Source: Tindallia sp. MSAO_Bac2 (GTDB taxonomy: Bacteria; Bacillota; Clostridia; Peptostreptococcales; Tindalliaceae). From it: a stretch of DNA of 64,000 nucleotides. A program made the translations under genes and the position numbers. Below, piece by piece: positions 48,353-57,841 of the stretch (position 1 is its first letter; each line of letters begins with the position of its first letter). The DNA lies in assembly GCA_003838145.1 (NCBI GenBank), contig QYZZ01000078.1:25587-89586 (forward strand), given 5' to 3'. The notes beneath the pieces were generated by a model that was not told the DNA's origin, made no database searches, and was given only the letters and a program-made list of their open reading frames with translations.

Positions 48353-49224
48353 ATTTTCTGACGCAGTTTATCTTTGTAGGCACACCCGGTGGGAGTTGCA
48401 GCAACGCCGCCCAGAGCGGTTTCCCGGAGAGACTCCGGCAGGCTTCGGCCAACATGACCCATGGCTTCTACAACTTCATCAAAGGGTATAAGACTGGGTA
48501 TACCGGCCAGAGCCATTTCGGCACTGATAAGTGCATTGGCAGCCCCTATCCCATTCCGTTTCTGGCAGGGTGCTTCCACAAGACCTGCAATGGGGTCGCA
48601 TACCTGACCCATGACGTTCTTTAAGCAAATGGCGGCAGCATGAAGGCTGATCTCCGGTGTTGCCCCCATCAGTTCGCAGATGGCGGCTGCCGTCATGGCG
48701 GCGGCAGAGCCGGTCTCTGCCTGACACCCGCCTTCAGCTCCGGCTACAGTTGCTTTTTCTGAAATGATAAGACCGATGGCAGAGGCACAAAAGAGGGCAT
48801 CTGTCATTTGTGAATCATTCCAATGGTACTTTTCCTGCAAGGCTTTTAATGTACCCGGCAGGATGCCGGAAGAACCGGCGGTGGGGGCGGCAACGATGAC
48901 ACCCATGGAAGCATTGACTTCCAGCACACCCATGGAATACGCTACTGCCTTTGCAGTGATATCCCCGCAAACGGAAGTTCCTTCTTTTTGTCGCTTCATC
49001 AGTTTTTTTGCCTCACCTCCAATGAGTCCTCCCATTGAAGTCAGGTTCTTACTAAGTGCATCCTCCACAGATGACTCCATCACTTGCCATTGCCGGAGCA
49101 TACACTGCTGAACCTCATCAGCGGTGGTTTCGAAAAGATCACATTCGCGACGAATCATAGCATCGGAAATGCTTATATTCTCTTTCTGGCAGAATGCCAG
49201 CAATTCCTGTCCGTTTCCAAACAT
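48349..49224 (-). CDS. sdaAA: L-serine dehydratase alpha subunit
   Basis: APTAGSSGILPG, GAEGGCQAE, CDPIAGLVEAPC, RETALGG. Confidence 0.95.
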   Translation of the reverse strand: MFGNGQELLAFCQKENISISDAMIRRECDLFETTADEVQQCMLRQWQVMESSVEDALSKNLTSMGGLIGGEAKKLMKRQKEGTSVCGDITAKAVAYSMGVLEVNASMGVIVAAPTAGSSGILPGTLKALQEKYHWNDSQMTDALFCASAIGLIISEKATVAGAEGGCQAETGSAAAMTAAAICELMGATPEISLHAAAICLKNVMGQVCDPIAGLVEAPCQKRNGIGAANALISAEMALAGIPSLIPFDEVVEAMGHVGRSLPESLRETALGGVAATPTGCAYKDKLRQKI

Positions 49225-49300
49225 AGTCTCATTCCTTTCTTAGTATTATTACCAATCATTTTTTGTTCAGATATTAAGCTAAAATGCAACTTATGATATA

Positions 49301-49383
49301 AACCACGAAGGACACGAAGGACGCAAAGGGAAAGGCCCAGACCCTGATTGGTTTTCTTAGTGCCCTTTGTGTCCTTTGTGGTT
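49301..49383. repeat. Imperfect long hairpin built of 9-mer repeats
   Basis: AAC-CACGAAGGA-CACGAAGGA-CGCAAAG ... CCCTTTGTG-TCCTTTGTG-GTT. Confidence 0.75.
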
Positions 49384-49453
49384 ATCCACTGTTTAAAGTT
49401 TTAAGTTCAAAAGCTACCTGTACTCTTTAGGGTATTAAAAGGATAAGAGCAGT

Positions 49454-50119
49454 CTAATTAATCATGAAAACATCATAAATATTTTTGTTTTCCAGTATTC
49501 TGTCCACCAGATCGGAGCTCAGTTTTTCATCGGTTTCCAGAATGGTAAAGGCTCGGTTGCTCCGACTTTCCCGATACATCCGAATGGTGCCGATATTCAC
49601 ACCTGCGCTGGCTAAAATGCTGGTGATGTGAGCAGCAACTCCGGGACGGTCCTGCTGTTGCACAATGAGAGTTGGATACTCGCCTGTAAAAGCCACATCA
49701 ATGCCATTGATTACATTAACAATAACCTCGCCGCCGCCAATGGAGGCTCCTGTTAAGGAAAGCTTTTTACCTGAAGACCCAACCACTTCAATGGACACTG
49801 TGTTTGGGTGCATCCCTTCTTTAAGGGTTGCGGGGATAAACTGGTATTTAAGTTGTTGTTCCCGGGCAATATCATAAGCGTTTCGTATATCCGGATGGTC
49901 TGTGGGATAACCCATCATACCTGCCAACAGAGCTCGGTCTGTCCCATGTCCCTGGTAGGTTTCGGCAAATGAGCCATAAAGATAAAAAATAACTTCATCG
50001 GCAGGTTCTTTTAAAATATGTGCAGCTATCTGTGCTATTCGTAAAGCTCCGGCTGTGTGCGAACTTGATGGACCAATCATCACCGGTCCCATCACCTGAA
50101 AAGCGCTTATACGTTTCAT
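49454..50119 (-). CDS. sdaAB: L-serine dehydratase beta subunit
   Basis: GPVMIGPSSSHTAGA, YGSFAETYQGHGTD, HPNTV, SIGGG, ACT domain. Confidence 0.95.
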   Translation of the reverse strand: MKRISAFQVMGPVMIGPSSSHTAGALRIAQIAAHILKEPADEVIFYLYGSFAETYQGHGTDRALLAGMMGYPTDHPDIRNAYDIAREQQLKYQFIPATLKEGMHPNTVSIEVVGSSGKKLSLTGASIGGGEVIVNVINGIDVAFTGEYPTLIVQQQDRPGVAAHITSILASAGVNIGTIRMYRESRSNRAFTILETDEKLSSDLVDRILENKNIYDVFMIN

Positions 50120-50297
50120 AAATATCCCTCCATTGGGTAATAGATTAATTCCATTATAACTCAAATCACAGGTTGAATACGATCATTAATTGTAAGCCTT
50201 ATGGAGCTGGCTAATGATCAATCACCTGTGAACCTGTCATATTTGTGGGTATTATTGATATAGATGTTCAGACAAAAATCGGGAAAGGTGGAGTAGA

Positions 50298-51365
50298 ATG
50301 GACTGTAAACGCTGTACCGTTATTCCGGAAAAAGATATACAAGCCTCCTTTGCGTATTTGATTTTACCGACTCACCATCACATTGAACCCCTGAAGGAAG
50401 CAGTAAATAGACTTGGCCTTACATACAGCCGGAAGGCTGAAGGGTACCTGATTGAAACTTCCGACTTTGAGGAACTGGCTTTAACCCTCTGCAAGGACTA
50501 CTTCAATTCAATGGAACAACAGGATATCTATATGATGCCAATGAAGGATCAATGCCTTTCCTTTGGTTCCCTGAATCAGTTTAAACCCTTAAAGTACTGG
50601 AAGGATCTCTACCTTGGTGGTGAGTTGCTGCATATATTATCAAAAAAAAGCATAAAAACCTTGTTCCAACCGATAATGGATGTAAAAAAACGCAAGGTAT
50701 ATGGTTATGAGGCGCTTAGTCGCGGAATTAAAAAGGATGGAAGCATAATGGCACCCTTCGAGATGTTTCAGCGTGCCCGGGATATGGATCTGCTTTTTCA
50801 CCTGGACCGGCTGTGCCGCGAAAAGGTAATTAAAAATGCGGCTTTGAAGGGCATTAAAGAAAAGTTGTTTATCAATTTTATTCCGACGGCGATCTATGAC
50901 CCGGATAAATGCTTGCAGACGACGGATGCTGCTATTCGAAAATATGATCTTAACTCCAGTCAGGTGGTTTTTGAAGTGGTAGAGACGGAAAGAGTCGATG
51001 ATTATGATCACCTGAACTATATTCTTAATTACTATAAAGAAAAAGGATACGCAACGGCTCTGGATGATGTAGGAAGTGGTTTTGCATCCCTGGGATCCCT
51101 GCTTCAGCTAAAGCCTGAGTATATGAAAATTGATATGAAGATTATTCGCGGAATACATGAAAATAACGATCAGCAACGAGTTTTAAAGAATTACATAGAA
51201 GTTGCCCGGGAAAACAGTATTGCTGTATTGGCAGAAGGTGTGGAATCGGAAGAGGAGGTTCTATATTTAAGAGAAGCCGGCGTTGATTTACTTCAGGGAT
51301 ACTATTTTGGAAAGCCTGCAGACGAACCTGCGACAAATGCTGAAATAAACTGTCCGATGTTATAG
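50298..51365 (+). CDS. EAL-domain c-di-GMP phosphodiesterase
   Basis: FQPI, YEALSR, FINF, DDVGSG, KID, AEGVE, QGYY. Confidence 0.92.
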   Translation: MDCKRCTVIPEKDIQASFAYLILPTHHHIEPLKEAVNRLGLTYSRKAEGYLIETSDFEELALTLCKDYFNSMEQQDIYMMPMKDQCLSFGSLNQFKPLKYWKDLYLGGELLHILSKKSIKTLFQPIMDVKKRKVYGYEALSRGIKKDGSIMAPFEMFQRARDMDLLFHLDRLCREKVIKNAALKGIKEKLFINFIPTAIYDPDKCLQTTDAAIRKYDLNSSQVVFEVVETERVDDYDHLNYILNYYKEKGYATALDDVGSGFASLGSLLQLKPEYMKIDMKIIRGIHENNDQQRVLKNYIEVARENSIAVLAEGVESEEEVLYLREAGVDLLQGYYFGKPADEPATNAEINCPML

Positions 51366-51484
51366 CGTTTATGCCGCTCCGGTCATATAGCCTAATTGAG
51401 TATTTGTGATTGACTGGAGAAAGCGAGTATGGGATAATGAGCGCTATAATTAATTTGCATCTTGATTATTGGAGGGAACTATTC

Positions 51485-53404
51485 ATGGACTGGGGCAAGA
51501 GACTGGAAAAACCAGATTCACAAATCATAAGCATCATTTCCATTTTTGTGATCACATTATTGGCTAAAATAATGATTCTGCATTGGATAATGGGAGTGCG
51601 GCAATATTTTATTCACGCTGCTTTAATGAACTTTGTCACCTTAACCGCATTATATCTTCTTTTTTTGTTTCTGTTTCCCGGAAGATATCTGAAAGCCTTC
51701 TGGTGGGTGCACTTGGTAGTCACCGGGCTGATTTTTGTCAATACGGTGTACTTCAGTCATTTTTTTACTTTGGTACCAGTCGGCAGTGTTTTTCAGGTTG
51801 GACAGCTGGGAGGAGTTTCCGAGAGCATTTTTGCGTTAATGAGGCCTCTCTATTTTCTGTACTTTGCTGATACCATCTGTCTTAGAATTTGGGTCAATAA
51901 AAAGAAAAGAAAAGAGAATTCGCTATCATTGTATGAAGAAAAACCCCGAAGAAATGGAATATATGCCCTCGCTTTTATTAGTTTGTCTGTTGCATTGGTA
52001 GGAGCAACGCAACTGATTGCCTTCAGTACAGAAGGTAACTTGAGACCGGCAAATCTTGGAATGATCAATTATCACATTTATGATGCCTTCCGTATAACCA
52101 GACCGGCACCCATTGTAGATCCGGATCAGGCGGAAGAGGCAGTGCAGGCCATAGAAACGGAAGAGGCAGACAGAAGATATGAAGGACTGCTGGAAGGCAG
52201 AAATATTATCGTCATTCTGGCGGAATCGTTGCAGACTTTTCCGATGGAACACCAGCTGGGCGGCCAGGACATAACACCGGTGCTGAACGACCTGACCAAT
52301 CAGGAAACCCTTTATTTTTCCAACTTTTATGAACAGGTTGGATGGGGGAATACATCTGACTCGGAGTTTGTGATACACAACGGTTTTTACCCGTCAACCA
52401 CCACTTTCAGTTACCAGGCCTATGAAGGAAATGACTTTTATACACTGCCTATGCATCTAAAAAAGCATGGCTATAGCACGATGGCTTTTCATGGCAATGA
52501 TCCTGACTTTTGGAGCCGGAAATCCGCTTATCCGGGTCAGGGGATCGACCAGTTTTATAGCAGTGATGAATTTGACATGAATGAAGTCATTGGCCTTGGA
52601 CTAAGTGATTATGAGTTGTACAAGCAGTCCATCCCATGGTTAAAAGAGACACCGGAGCCATTTTATGCTTTTTATATAACCCTGACCTGCCACCATCCGT
52701 TTATTTTACCGGAACAGTACCAATGGCTTGACCTGCCGGCAGAGTATGATGATACGTATTTAGGGCACTATCTGCAATCAGTTCATTATATGGACCAGCA
52801 AATCGGCTACTTTCTTAACCTGTTGAAAGAAGAAGGATTATATGATGATTCGGCCATTATCATTTATGGAGATCATCAGGGAGTTGATATGCGGAATGTA
52901 GAGATTGAAGAACAGGTCAGCCGCTTTATTGGAAAACCCTACGAAGAGGACGAAATGTTCAGGGTTCCTCTGATGATTCACGTTCCAGGCAGTGATATAG
53001 GTGAAGAAATAACCCTGGCTGGAGGACAGATTGACTTCTTTCCCACCATAGCAAATCTGATAGGCGATCCTCTGGATCCTGGTGCAGTTTTGGGGCAGGA
53101 CTTGTTAAACATTAAGGAAGGATTTGTGGCAAAGCAGGTTCATGTTTCTGCAGGATCTTTCATTGATAACGAGAATATATTTATAATGTCGCCGGAAGGT
53201 CTTTATGATAACAGCCGTGCCTGGAATTATAAAACCGGAGAGCCTGTTTCATTGGAAGAAACGAGAAAAGGATATGAGCGGGCCCTGGCAGAAATAACCC
53301 TTTCTGAATACGTAATGGAAAACAACCTGATCGGAAGGGTTCAGGAACATGGGCTGGGAGGAATACTGGACAATATTCGTTTCTTGCTGGAATTAGGAAA
53401 ATAA
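51485..53404 (+). CDS. LTA synthase family (sulfatase-like)
   Basis: N-terminal TMs; ILAESLQ, GNTSDSEF, TLTCHHP, YGDH. Confidence 0.92.
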   Translation: MDWGKRLEKPDSQIISIISIFVITLLAKIMILHWIMGVRQYFIHAALMNFVTLTALYLLFLFLFPGRYLKAFWWVHLVVTGLIFVNTVYFSHFFTLVPVGSVFQVGQLGGVSESIFALMRPLYFLYFADTICLRIWVNKKKRKENSLSLYEEKPRRNGIYALAFISLSVALVGATQLIAFSTEGNLRPANLGMINYHIYDAFRITRPAPIVDPDQAEEAVQAIETEEADRRYEGLLEGRNIIVILAESLQTFPMEHQLGGQDITPVLNDLTNQETLYFSNFYEQVGWGNTSDSEFVIHNGFYPSTTTFSYQAYEGNDFYTLPMHLKKHGYSTMAFHGNDPDFWSRKSAYPGQGIDQFYSSDEFDMNEVIGLGLSDYELYKQSIPWLKETPEPFYAFYITLTCHHPFILPEQYQWLDLPAEYDDTYLGHYLQSVHYMDQQIGYFLNLLKEEGLYDDSAIIIYGDHQGVDMRNVEIEEQVSRFIGKPYEEDEMFRVPLMIHVPGSDIGEEITLAGGQIDFFPTIANLIGDPLDPGAVLGQDLLNIKEGFVAKQVHVSAGSFIDNENIFIMSPEGLYDNSRAWNYKTGEPVSLEETRKGYERALAEITLSEYVMENNLIGRVQEHGLGGILDNIRFLLELGK

Positions 53405-53427
53405 GATCACAATATAATATTTTGAAG

Positions 53428-53458
53428 AAAAGCGGCGATTTTACCATCGTCGCTTTTG
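53428..53458 (+). terminator. Intrinsic terminator
   Basis: AAAAGCGGCGAT/ATCGTCGCTTTT. Confidence 0.65.
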
Positions 53459-53484
53459 ACTTTTTTGAGGTAACGTGGTATTAT

Positions 53485-53503
53485 TAATGATAATCAATAT
53501 CAA
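53485..53503. promoter_or_regulatory. Fur box
   Basis: TAATGATAATCAATATCAA. Confidence 0.7.
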
Positions 53504-53530
53504 TAAAACGCCGACAGGAGGCGATTCCAC

Positions 53531-54121
53531 ATGAAACAATGTTATTACCACGATCTAAGCGATCCGAAAGGATTTCAGTACTGGCTGACAGAGAAGCTGG
53601 CTCCTGTGCTTTTAGCTGCTAAGCCGGCTGAACTCCTTTGCTTTTCCGGTGACGATGAGGAGGGTGCCAGACGGGTTCTTATGATCCAGCAGTATGTCAG
53701 TAAAATTTCCTGTGTTGATTTTAAGAAATTTTCCCTGAAAAATGGAAGGCAAAAGATACTGTTTTTTCATCGTGGTGCCCTGGAAAAAACGCTCAGGGAC
53801 TCCCGGAACCATCGTTTTCTTCTGAAACAAGGATACCCGGAGACAGTAAACATGGAAGCATATCTGGATTTACTGGTTCTGAAGATTTCTACCGGTAAGA
53901 TACCTCACGAAATAGGCGTTTTTCTGGGATATCCATTGAAAGACGTGCTGGGTTACATTGGTCACCCTTCACTGAAGCTTACTAAAGTAAATGGCTGGAA
54001 AATTTATGGCAACCCAATGGTTTCTGACCGAACTTACGAAGCCATAGTAAAAGCGAAAGAAACCATTAGGCAGCAATTGGCGAAACTGGATCCGGATCAG
54101 GTGATCAGTCAGTTTTGCTGA
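53531..54121 (+). CDS. DUF3793 family protein
   Basis: LAPVLLAAKPAELL, IPHEIGVFLGYPLKDV, GWKIY. Confidence 0.88.
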   Translation: MKQCYYHDLSDPKGFQYWLTEKLAPVLLAAKPAELLCFSGDDEEGARRVLMIQQYVSKISCVDFKKFSLKNGRQKILFFHRGALEKTLRDSRNHRFLLKQGYPETVNMEAYLDLLVLKISTGKIPHEIGVFLGYPLKDVLGYIGHPSLKLTKVNGWKIYGNPMVSDRTYEAIVKAKETIRQQLAKLDPDQVISQFC

Positions 54122-54142
54122 CGGACAGCGTAGATAGAGTAT

Positions 54143-54177
54143 AATCAATCCCGCGGCTTTTAGCTGTGGGATTGATT
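54143..54177. terminator. Hairpin after DUF3793 (terminator or IS605-like end)
   Basis: AATCAATCCCGCGGCT-TTT-AGCTGTGGGATTGATT. Confidence 0.5.
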
Positions 54178-54258
54178 GTGTATATCCTGCGAGGCACCCG
54201 CTTTATTCCCTGTTAAATAAAGAGAAAACTAAATAAAGAGAAAATGGGACAACCCACA

Positions 54259-54320
54259 TTGACATTCAATTAATAAAATGCTATTATAATTAAGAAGATG
54301 CTTAAATAGAATAGCATTTT
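54259..54320 (+). promoter_or_regulatory. sigmaA promoter with nested palindromic operator (ArsR-type candidate)
   Basis: TTGACA-N17-TATTAT; TTAAG-N6-CTTAA inside AAAATGCTATT/AATAGCATTTT. Confidence 0.6.
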
Positions 54321-54407
54321 CTATTGGAAAAAAACAGATATGTGGCTTTCGGCTGCCATTGTTTCATTACTAAGACGCTTTGCGTCTTTGACCGGGAGGG
54401 AATATGA

Positions 54408-54548
54408 ATGAGTGAAGCAAAATGCGAGCACCCGGAAAGACTAAAAGGAAAAAAACCAGGTGAGTGCAGTGAAAAGCAGAAAGAAGTTTGTCACGGCCAT
54501 GAATCCAAGCAAGATCAACACAGCTGCGAAGGAGAACAGACAAAATAA
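54408..54548 (+). CDS. Small Cys/His-rich peptide, 46 aa
   Basis: GGGAGGG RBS; MSEAKCEHPERLKGKKPGECSEKQKEVCHGHESKQDQHSCEGEQTK. Confidence 0.7.
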   Translation: MSEAKCEHPERLKGKKPGECSEKQKEVCHGHESKQDQHSCEGEQTK

Positions 54549-54606
54549 AAATCAGCCAAAACCGTCTGGTCTCGGATCAGACGGTTTTGGTATGGGAGGT
54601 GAGCCG

Positions 54607-54975
54607 GTGGAAAAGCTGGTAAATCGTCTGCGAGCTCTGGCGGATGAAAATCGACTAAAAATCATTGTATTATTGCTGGAAAAAGATTATTGTGTAGGGG
54701 CTCTTTCGAAAAATCTGGGTATATCCAAAGCTGCTGTTTCTCAGCACATGAAAATCTTACGGGAAAATGGGATTGTAAAAGGAGAAAAGAGAGGATATTT
54801 TACCCACTATGAAGTTCAAAAACATCAGATAAAGGGAATCTCTGAGGAGCTGGAGGAAATATCCCGGCGTGAGTTTAAGAAGGACAGGCTGGTTCATTCC
54901 TGCCAGAAAAATGGAGACTGTCATGAAGCAAAATCTGGGGAAGATGGAAAAGAAAATAAGGGTGAAAGCATATGA
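54607..54975 (+). CDS. ArsR/SmtB family regulator
   Basis: ALADENRLKII, CVGALS, SKAAVSQHMKILRENG; GTG after GGGAGG; C-terminal HSC..CH. Confidence 0.9.
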   Translation: MEKLVNRLRALADENRLKIIVLLLEKDYCVGALSKNLGISKAAVSQHMKILRENGIVKGEKRGYFTHYEVQKHQIKGISEELEEISRREFKKDRLVHSCQKNGDCHEAKSGEDGKENKGESI

Positions 54976-55925
54976 AGGCTATAAAGGTACAGGCATTATC
55001 TAAAAAATATGGCGAAAAAGAAGCGATAAAAGGCATTGACTTCATGGTGGAAGATGGAGAAATCTTTGGATTTCTGGGTCCTAATGGAGCCGGAAAAACC
55101 AGTACCATCAATATGCTCATTGGTTTATTGAAATCAACAAGTGGGACTATAGAGATACTTGGCAGGAATCTGGAAACACAAAAAGAAGCGATTCAGGCAG
55201 AAATCGGTGTAGTTCCGGATGAAAGCAATTTATACCCGGAAATGAGCGGAATTGACAACCTAACCTTTTGTGGCAGTCTTTACGGAATGAGAAAGCATGA
55301 CCGGGAAAAGAGAGCCCTGGAACTGCTGAAGATATTTCAATTAGAAGATGTGAAACATAAAGCCTTTAAGGCTTACTCCAGAGGAATGAAACGAAAGCTG
55401 ACCATCGCAGCAGCCATGATGCACCAGCCTAAAATATTATTTCTCGATGAGCCAACTTCAGGAATTGATGTGGCCAGTGCCCGGCAAATCCGAAAAATGA
55501 TAGAAGATTTGCATCAAAAGGGAACCACTATTTTTTTGACAACTCATTATCTTGAAGAGGCGGAAAGGCTTTGTCAACGCATTGCTTTTATTGTCGATGG
55601 AAAAATTGTGAAAACCGGCAGCGTAGAAACCCTGAAAGCTTCTTTGCATGATCAGTCAGGACTCCTGTTAAAGCTGGATCAGAATATGGCAAATCTTAAA
55701 CAATCACTGCAGGAAGAGCTAAAACTGACGAAAGTAGAAGAAATAAACGAAAGATCACTGAAGATCGTCTGGCCGCCGGATCAGGAGCTTACGCCTCTGT
55801 TTACTTTTTTTCGGCAAAAAGAGGTTCACATCCTCGAAGCTAAAAGAATGGAACCAACCATGGAAGAAGTGTTTGTTGCCATCACCGGGATTGAGCATTC
55901 GGAAGAAAAAGGAGGGGAATCATGA
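54972..55925 (+). CDS. ABC-2 type exporter ATP-binding subunit
   Basis: GPNGAGKT, YSRGM, LDEPT, TTHY. Confidence 0.95.
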   Translation: MKAIKVQALSKKYGEKEAIKGIDFMVEDGEIFGFLGPNGAGKTSTINMLIGLLKSTSGTIEILGRNLETQKEAIQAEIGVVPDESNLYPEMSGIDNLTFCGSLYGMRKHDREKRALELLKIFQLEDVKHKAFKAYSRGMKRKLTIAAAMMHQPKILFLDEPTSGIDVASARQIRKMIEDLHQKGTTIFLTTHYLEEAERLCQRIAFIVDGKIVKTGSVETLKASLHDQSGLLLKLDQNMANLKQSLQEELKLTKVEEINERSLKIVWPPDQELTPLFTFFRQKEVHILEAKRMEPTMEEVFVAITGIEHSEEKGGES

Positions 55926-56656
55926 ACAAAGGTATTGCGCTGCTAAGCATTTTGAATAAAGACATCAGAAATTACTACTTAAAACCGCCCAATATCAGTT
56001 GGGGTATGATTTTTCCTCTGGCCTGGACGCTAATGTTTGTATTGCGAAGCGAAACAGAAGTGGATCTTATCGAGATACTGCCTGGTGTCATGGCGCTGTC
56101 CATTCTTTTTGGCACCACATCCATGCTGGCGGTAACCATTACCTTCGAGAAAAAGCAAAAATCCTTTGAACGATTGATGTTAGCTCCTGTCAGTCTCTAT
56201 TCGCTGATGCTGGCTAAAACCGGAGGAGCCATTATTTTTGGGATACTGAATGCCATGGTACCCTTGCTTCTGGGAATTGCATTAACGGGTTTAAGGGCCA
56301 TAAACTGGCCGGTTTTAATGGGGGCAATTATACTGATTGCAGTAACCAGTACTTTTTTGGGGCTCATGATTGCAGTGGCAGCAAAAGAAGTGTTTGAAGC
56401 CCAAACCTTTTCCAATTTTTTTCGGTTTCCCATGATTTTTTTATGTGGCCTGTTTATACCCATTCAGGAATTGCCGGCATTGATTCAGCCTATATCCTAT
56501 GTGCTGCCGTTAACCTATGGAGTGGATCTGCTGAAAGTGGCCGTCGGGGCTGAAGGTATCCTGTCTGTATTTTTGAATTTTACTTTACTGCTGGTATTTT
56601 CTTTTGGTCTCTTTCGATATAGTATCCATAGAATGGAACGTAACTGGATGAACTGA
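55922..56656 (+). CDS. ABC-2 type exporter permease
   Basis: Six TM; FERLMLAP, LPLTYGVD. Confidence 0.9.
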   Translation: MNKGIALLSILNKDIRNYYLKPPNISWGMIFPLAWTLMFVLRSETEVDLIEILPGVMALSILFGTTSMLAVTITFEKKQKSFERLMLAPVSLYSLMLAKTGGAIIFGILNAMVPLLLGIALTGLRAINWPVLMGAIILIAVTSTFLGLMIAVAAKEVFEAQTFSNFFRFPMIFLCGLFIPIQELPALIQPISYVLPLTYGVDLLKVAVGAEGILSVFLNFTLLLVFSFGLFRYSIHRMERNWMN

Positions 56657-56665
56657 TGAAAAAAA

Positions 56666-56685
56666 AGAGGCAGCTTTCGCTGCCT
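56666..56685. terminator. Terminator between convergent operons
   Basis: GAGGCAGC-TTTC-GCTGCCTC. Confidence 0.7.
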
Positions 56686-56708
56686 CGAAGTTAAGAGAAA
56701 AACAGACC

Positions 56709-56987
56709 CTATTCGGCGCTGGAGTCAGCTAATGGCTGAGAATCTTCCAGGGCCATTTCTTTTTCAGCAATTAAATCTTCGATGGTTTCTTTTTTTAGCA
56801 TCAGTTCCTCCAGGGTCAGCTTGCTCAAATCTCCCTGTTCTGGCTGTGGGACGCGTATTCCATAATTGGCCAGCATCTCATCAACCTGCTCCTTGTTTTT
56901 CAGATATACATAGTATCCGGCGGCAGCGACACCCACCCCTACAACAAATCCTGTTACATGGTCTCTTGTGATTCCGAATTGATTCAT
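56709..56987 (-). CDS. Small GxxxG membrane protein (Fez accessory-like)
   Basis: GFVVGVGVAAAGYY helix plus acidic coiled tail. Confidence 0.7.
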   Translation of the reverse strand: MNQFGITRDHVTGFVVGVGVAAAGYYVYLKNKEQVDEMLANYGIRVPQPEQGDLSKLTLEELMLKKETIEDLIAEKEMALEDSQPLADSSAE

Positions 56988-57010
56988 TTACATTCACTCC
57001 TTTGTTTGTT

Positions 57011-57841
57011 CTAATGGTCAAGCCGCAGATAAATGCGACCTGAATGAGATTCCAGACTTTCCAGCAAATGGTGATGACGGGAAGCCATTTGAGATATGCT
57101 CTCCAGCAAGTCATTTTGCTGTGAGCGTGACTGCATTCCAATACTGGCTGATAATGCAGAAATCAATACGTTAAGGGGATTAGCGGGCTTGGACGGATCT
57201 CTTCGAATCACCACATCCAGATAATGATTGTCTGTTCCCTGGGAGCCAGGGTCAGCTCTTAGCAGGCATGCATTCCCGGAGTGCTCCACCAGGTGCCTGC
57301 CAAAGGTCACCAGCCAGGTAATGGCCGAAGCTCTGAGAGGATGCCCGGACATAAGAGATCCCAACAGGTAAATAAGTGAGAAAACTTCCGGGTGATACTC
57401 TTGGTTTTCCTGCCATTCCTGCCAGGCGTGATCCACAACAGCTAAGGCTGTCAGCCCGCCGGCGCCGTTGACCAAAGCTTTGTGGAAAGGGCTGGTTTTC
57501 ACTGCGTTGGTTAGAGCCGCCATCACAATGGATCCGGCAGCACTGTAAGCCATTAATCCGGGAGGATGGGTGGAATCGGGTCTTGATATTCGTACAAAGG
57601 ATTGCTGATAATCCAGAGAAAGCCGCACGCCTACCCGAACCACAATTTCCACATCGCTTACCTCTGTTGGCTGATAATGAATCAGCAAGGAACGGGTTCG
57701 GGGCTGGAAAACAACAGACTCAATGCCATCGTGCTGTCGTACTGCTTCGGTAAAGGCCGGGGCGTCCGTTGGTGGTCGGAACAATCGCAGGCGCAGCCTT
57801 CCTGGCAGTTCATGCACAATGGAAATATCTACCGGTATCAT
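57011..57841 (-). CDS. HMA2-domain membrane protein (FezC-like)
   Basis: VHELPGRLRLR, RTRSLLIHY, central TMs. Confidence 0.75.
   Translation of the reverse strand: MIPVDISIVHELPGRLRLRLFRPPTDAPAFTEAVRQHDGIESVVFQPRTRSLLIHYQPTEVSDVEIVVRVGVRLSLDYQQSFVRISRPDSTHPPGLMAYSAAGSIVMAALTNAVKTSPFHKALVNGAGGLTALAVVDHAWQEWQENQEYHPEVFSLIYLLGSLMSGHPLRASAITWLVTFGRHLVEHSGNACLLRADPGSQGTDNHYLDVVIRRDPSKPANPLNVLISALSASIGMQSRSQQNDLLESISQMASRHHHLLESLESHSGRIYLRLDH

Noticed and set aside
46775-51365. DGC and EAL genes flanking sdaAB as a dedicated c-di-GMP module
   Set aside because: Both are ordinary intact enzymes, not co-transcribed with sda; no c-di-GMP riboswitch recognised
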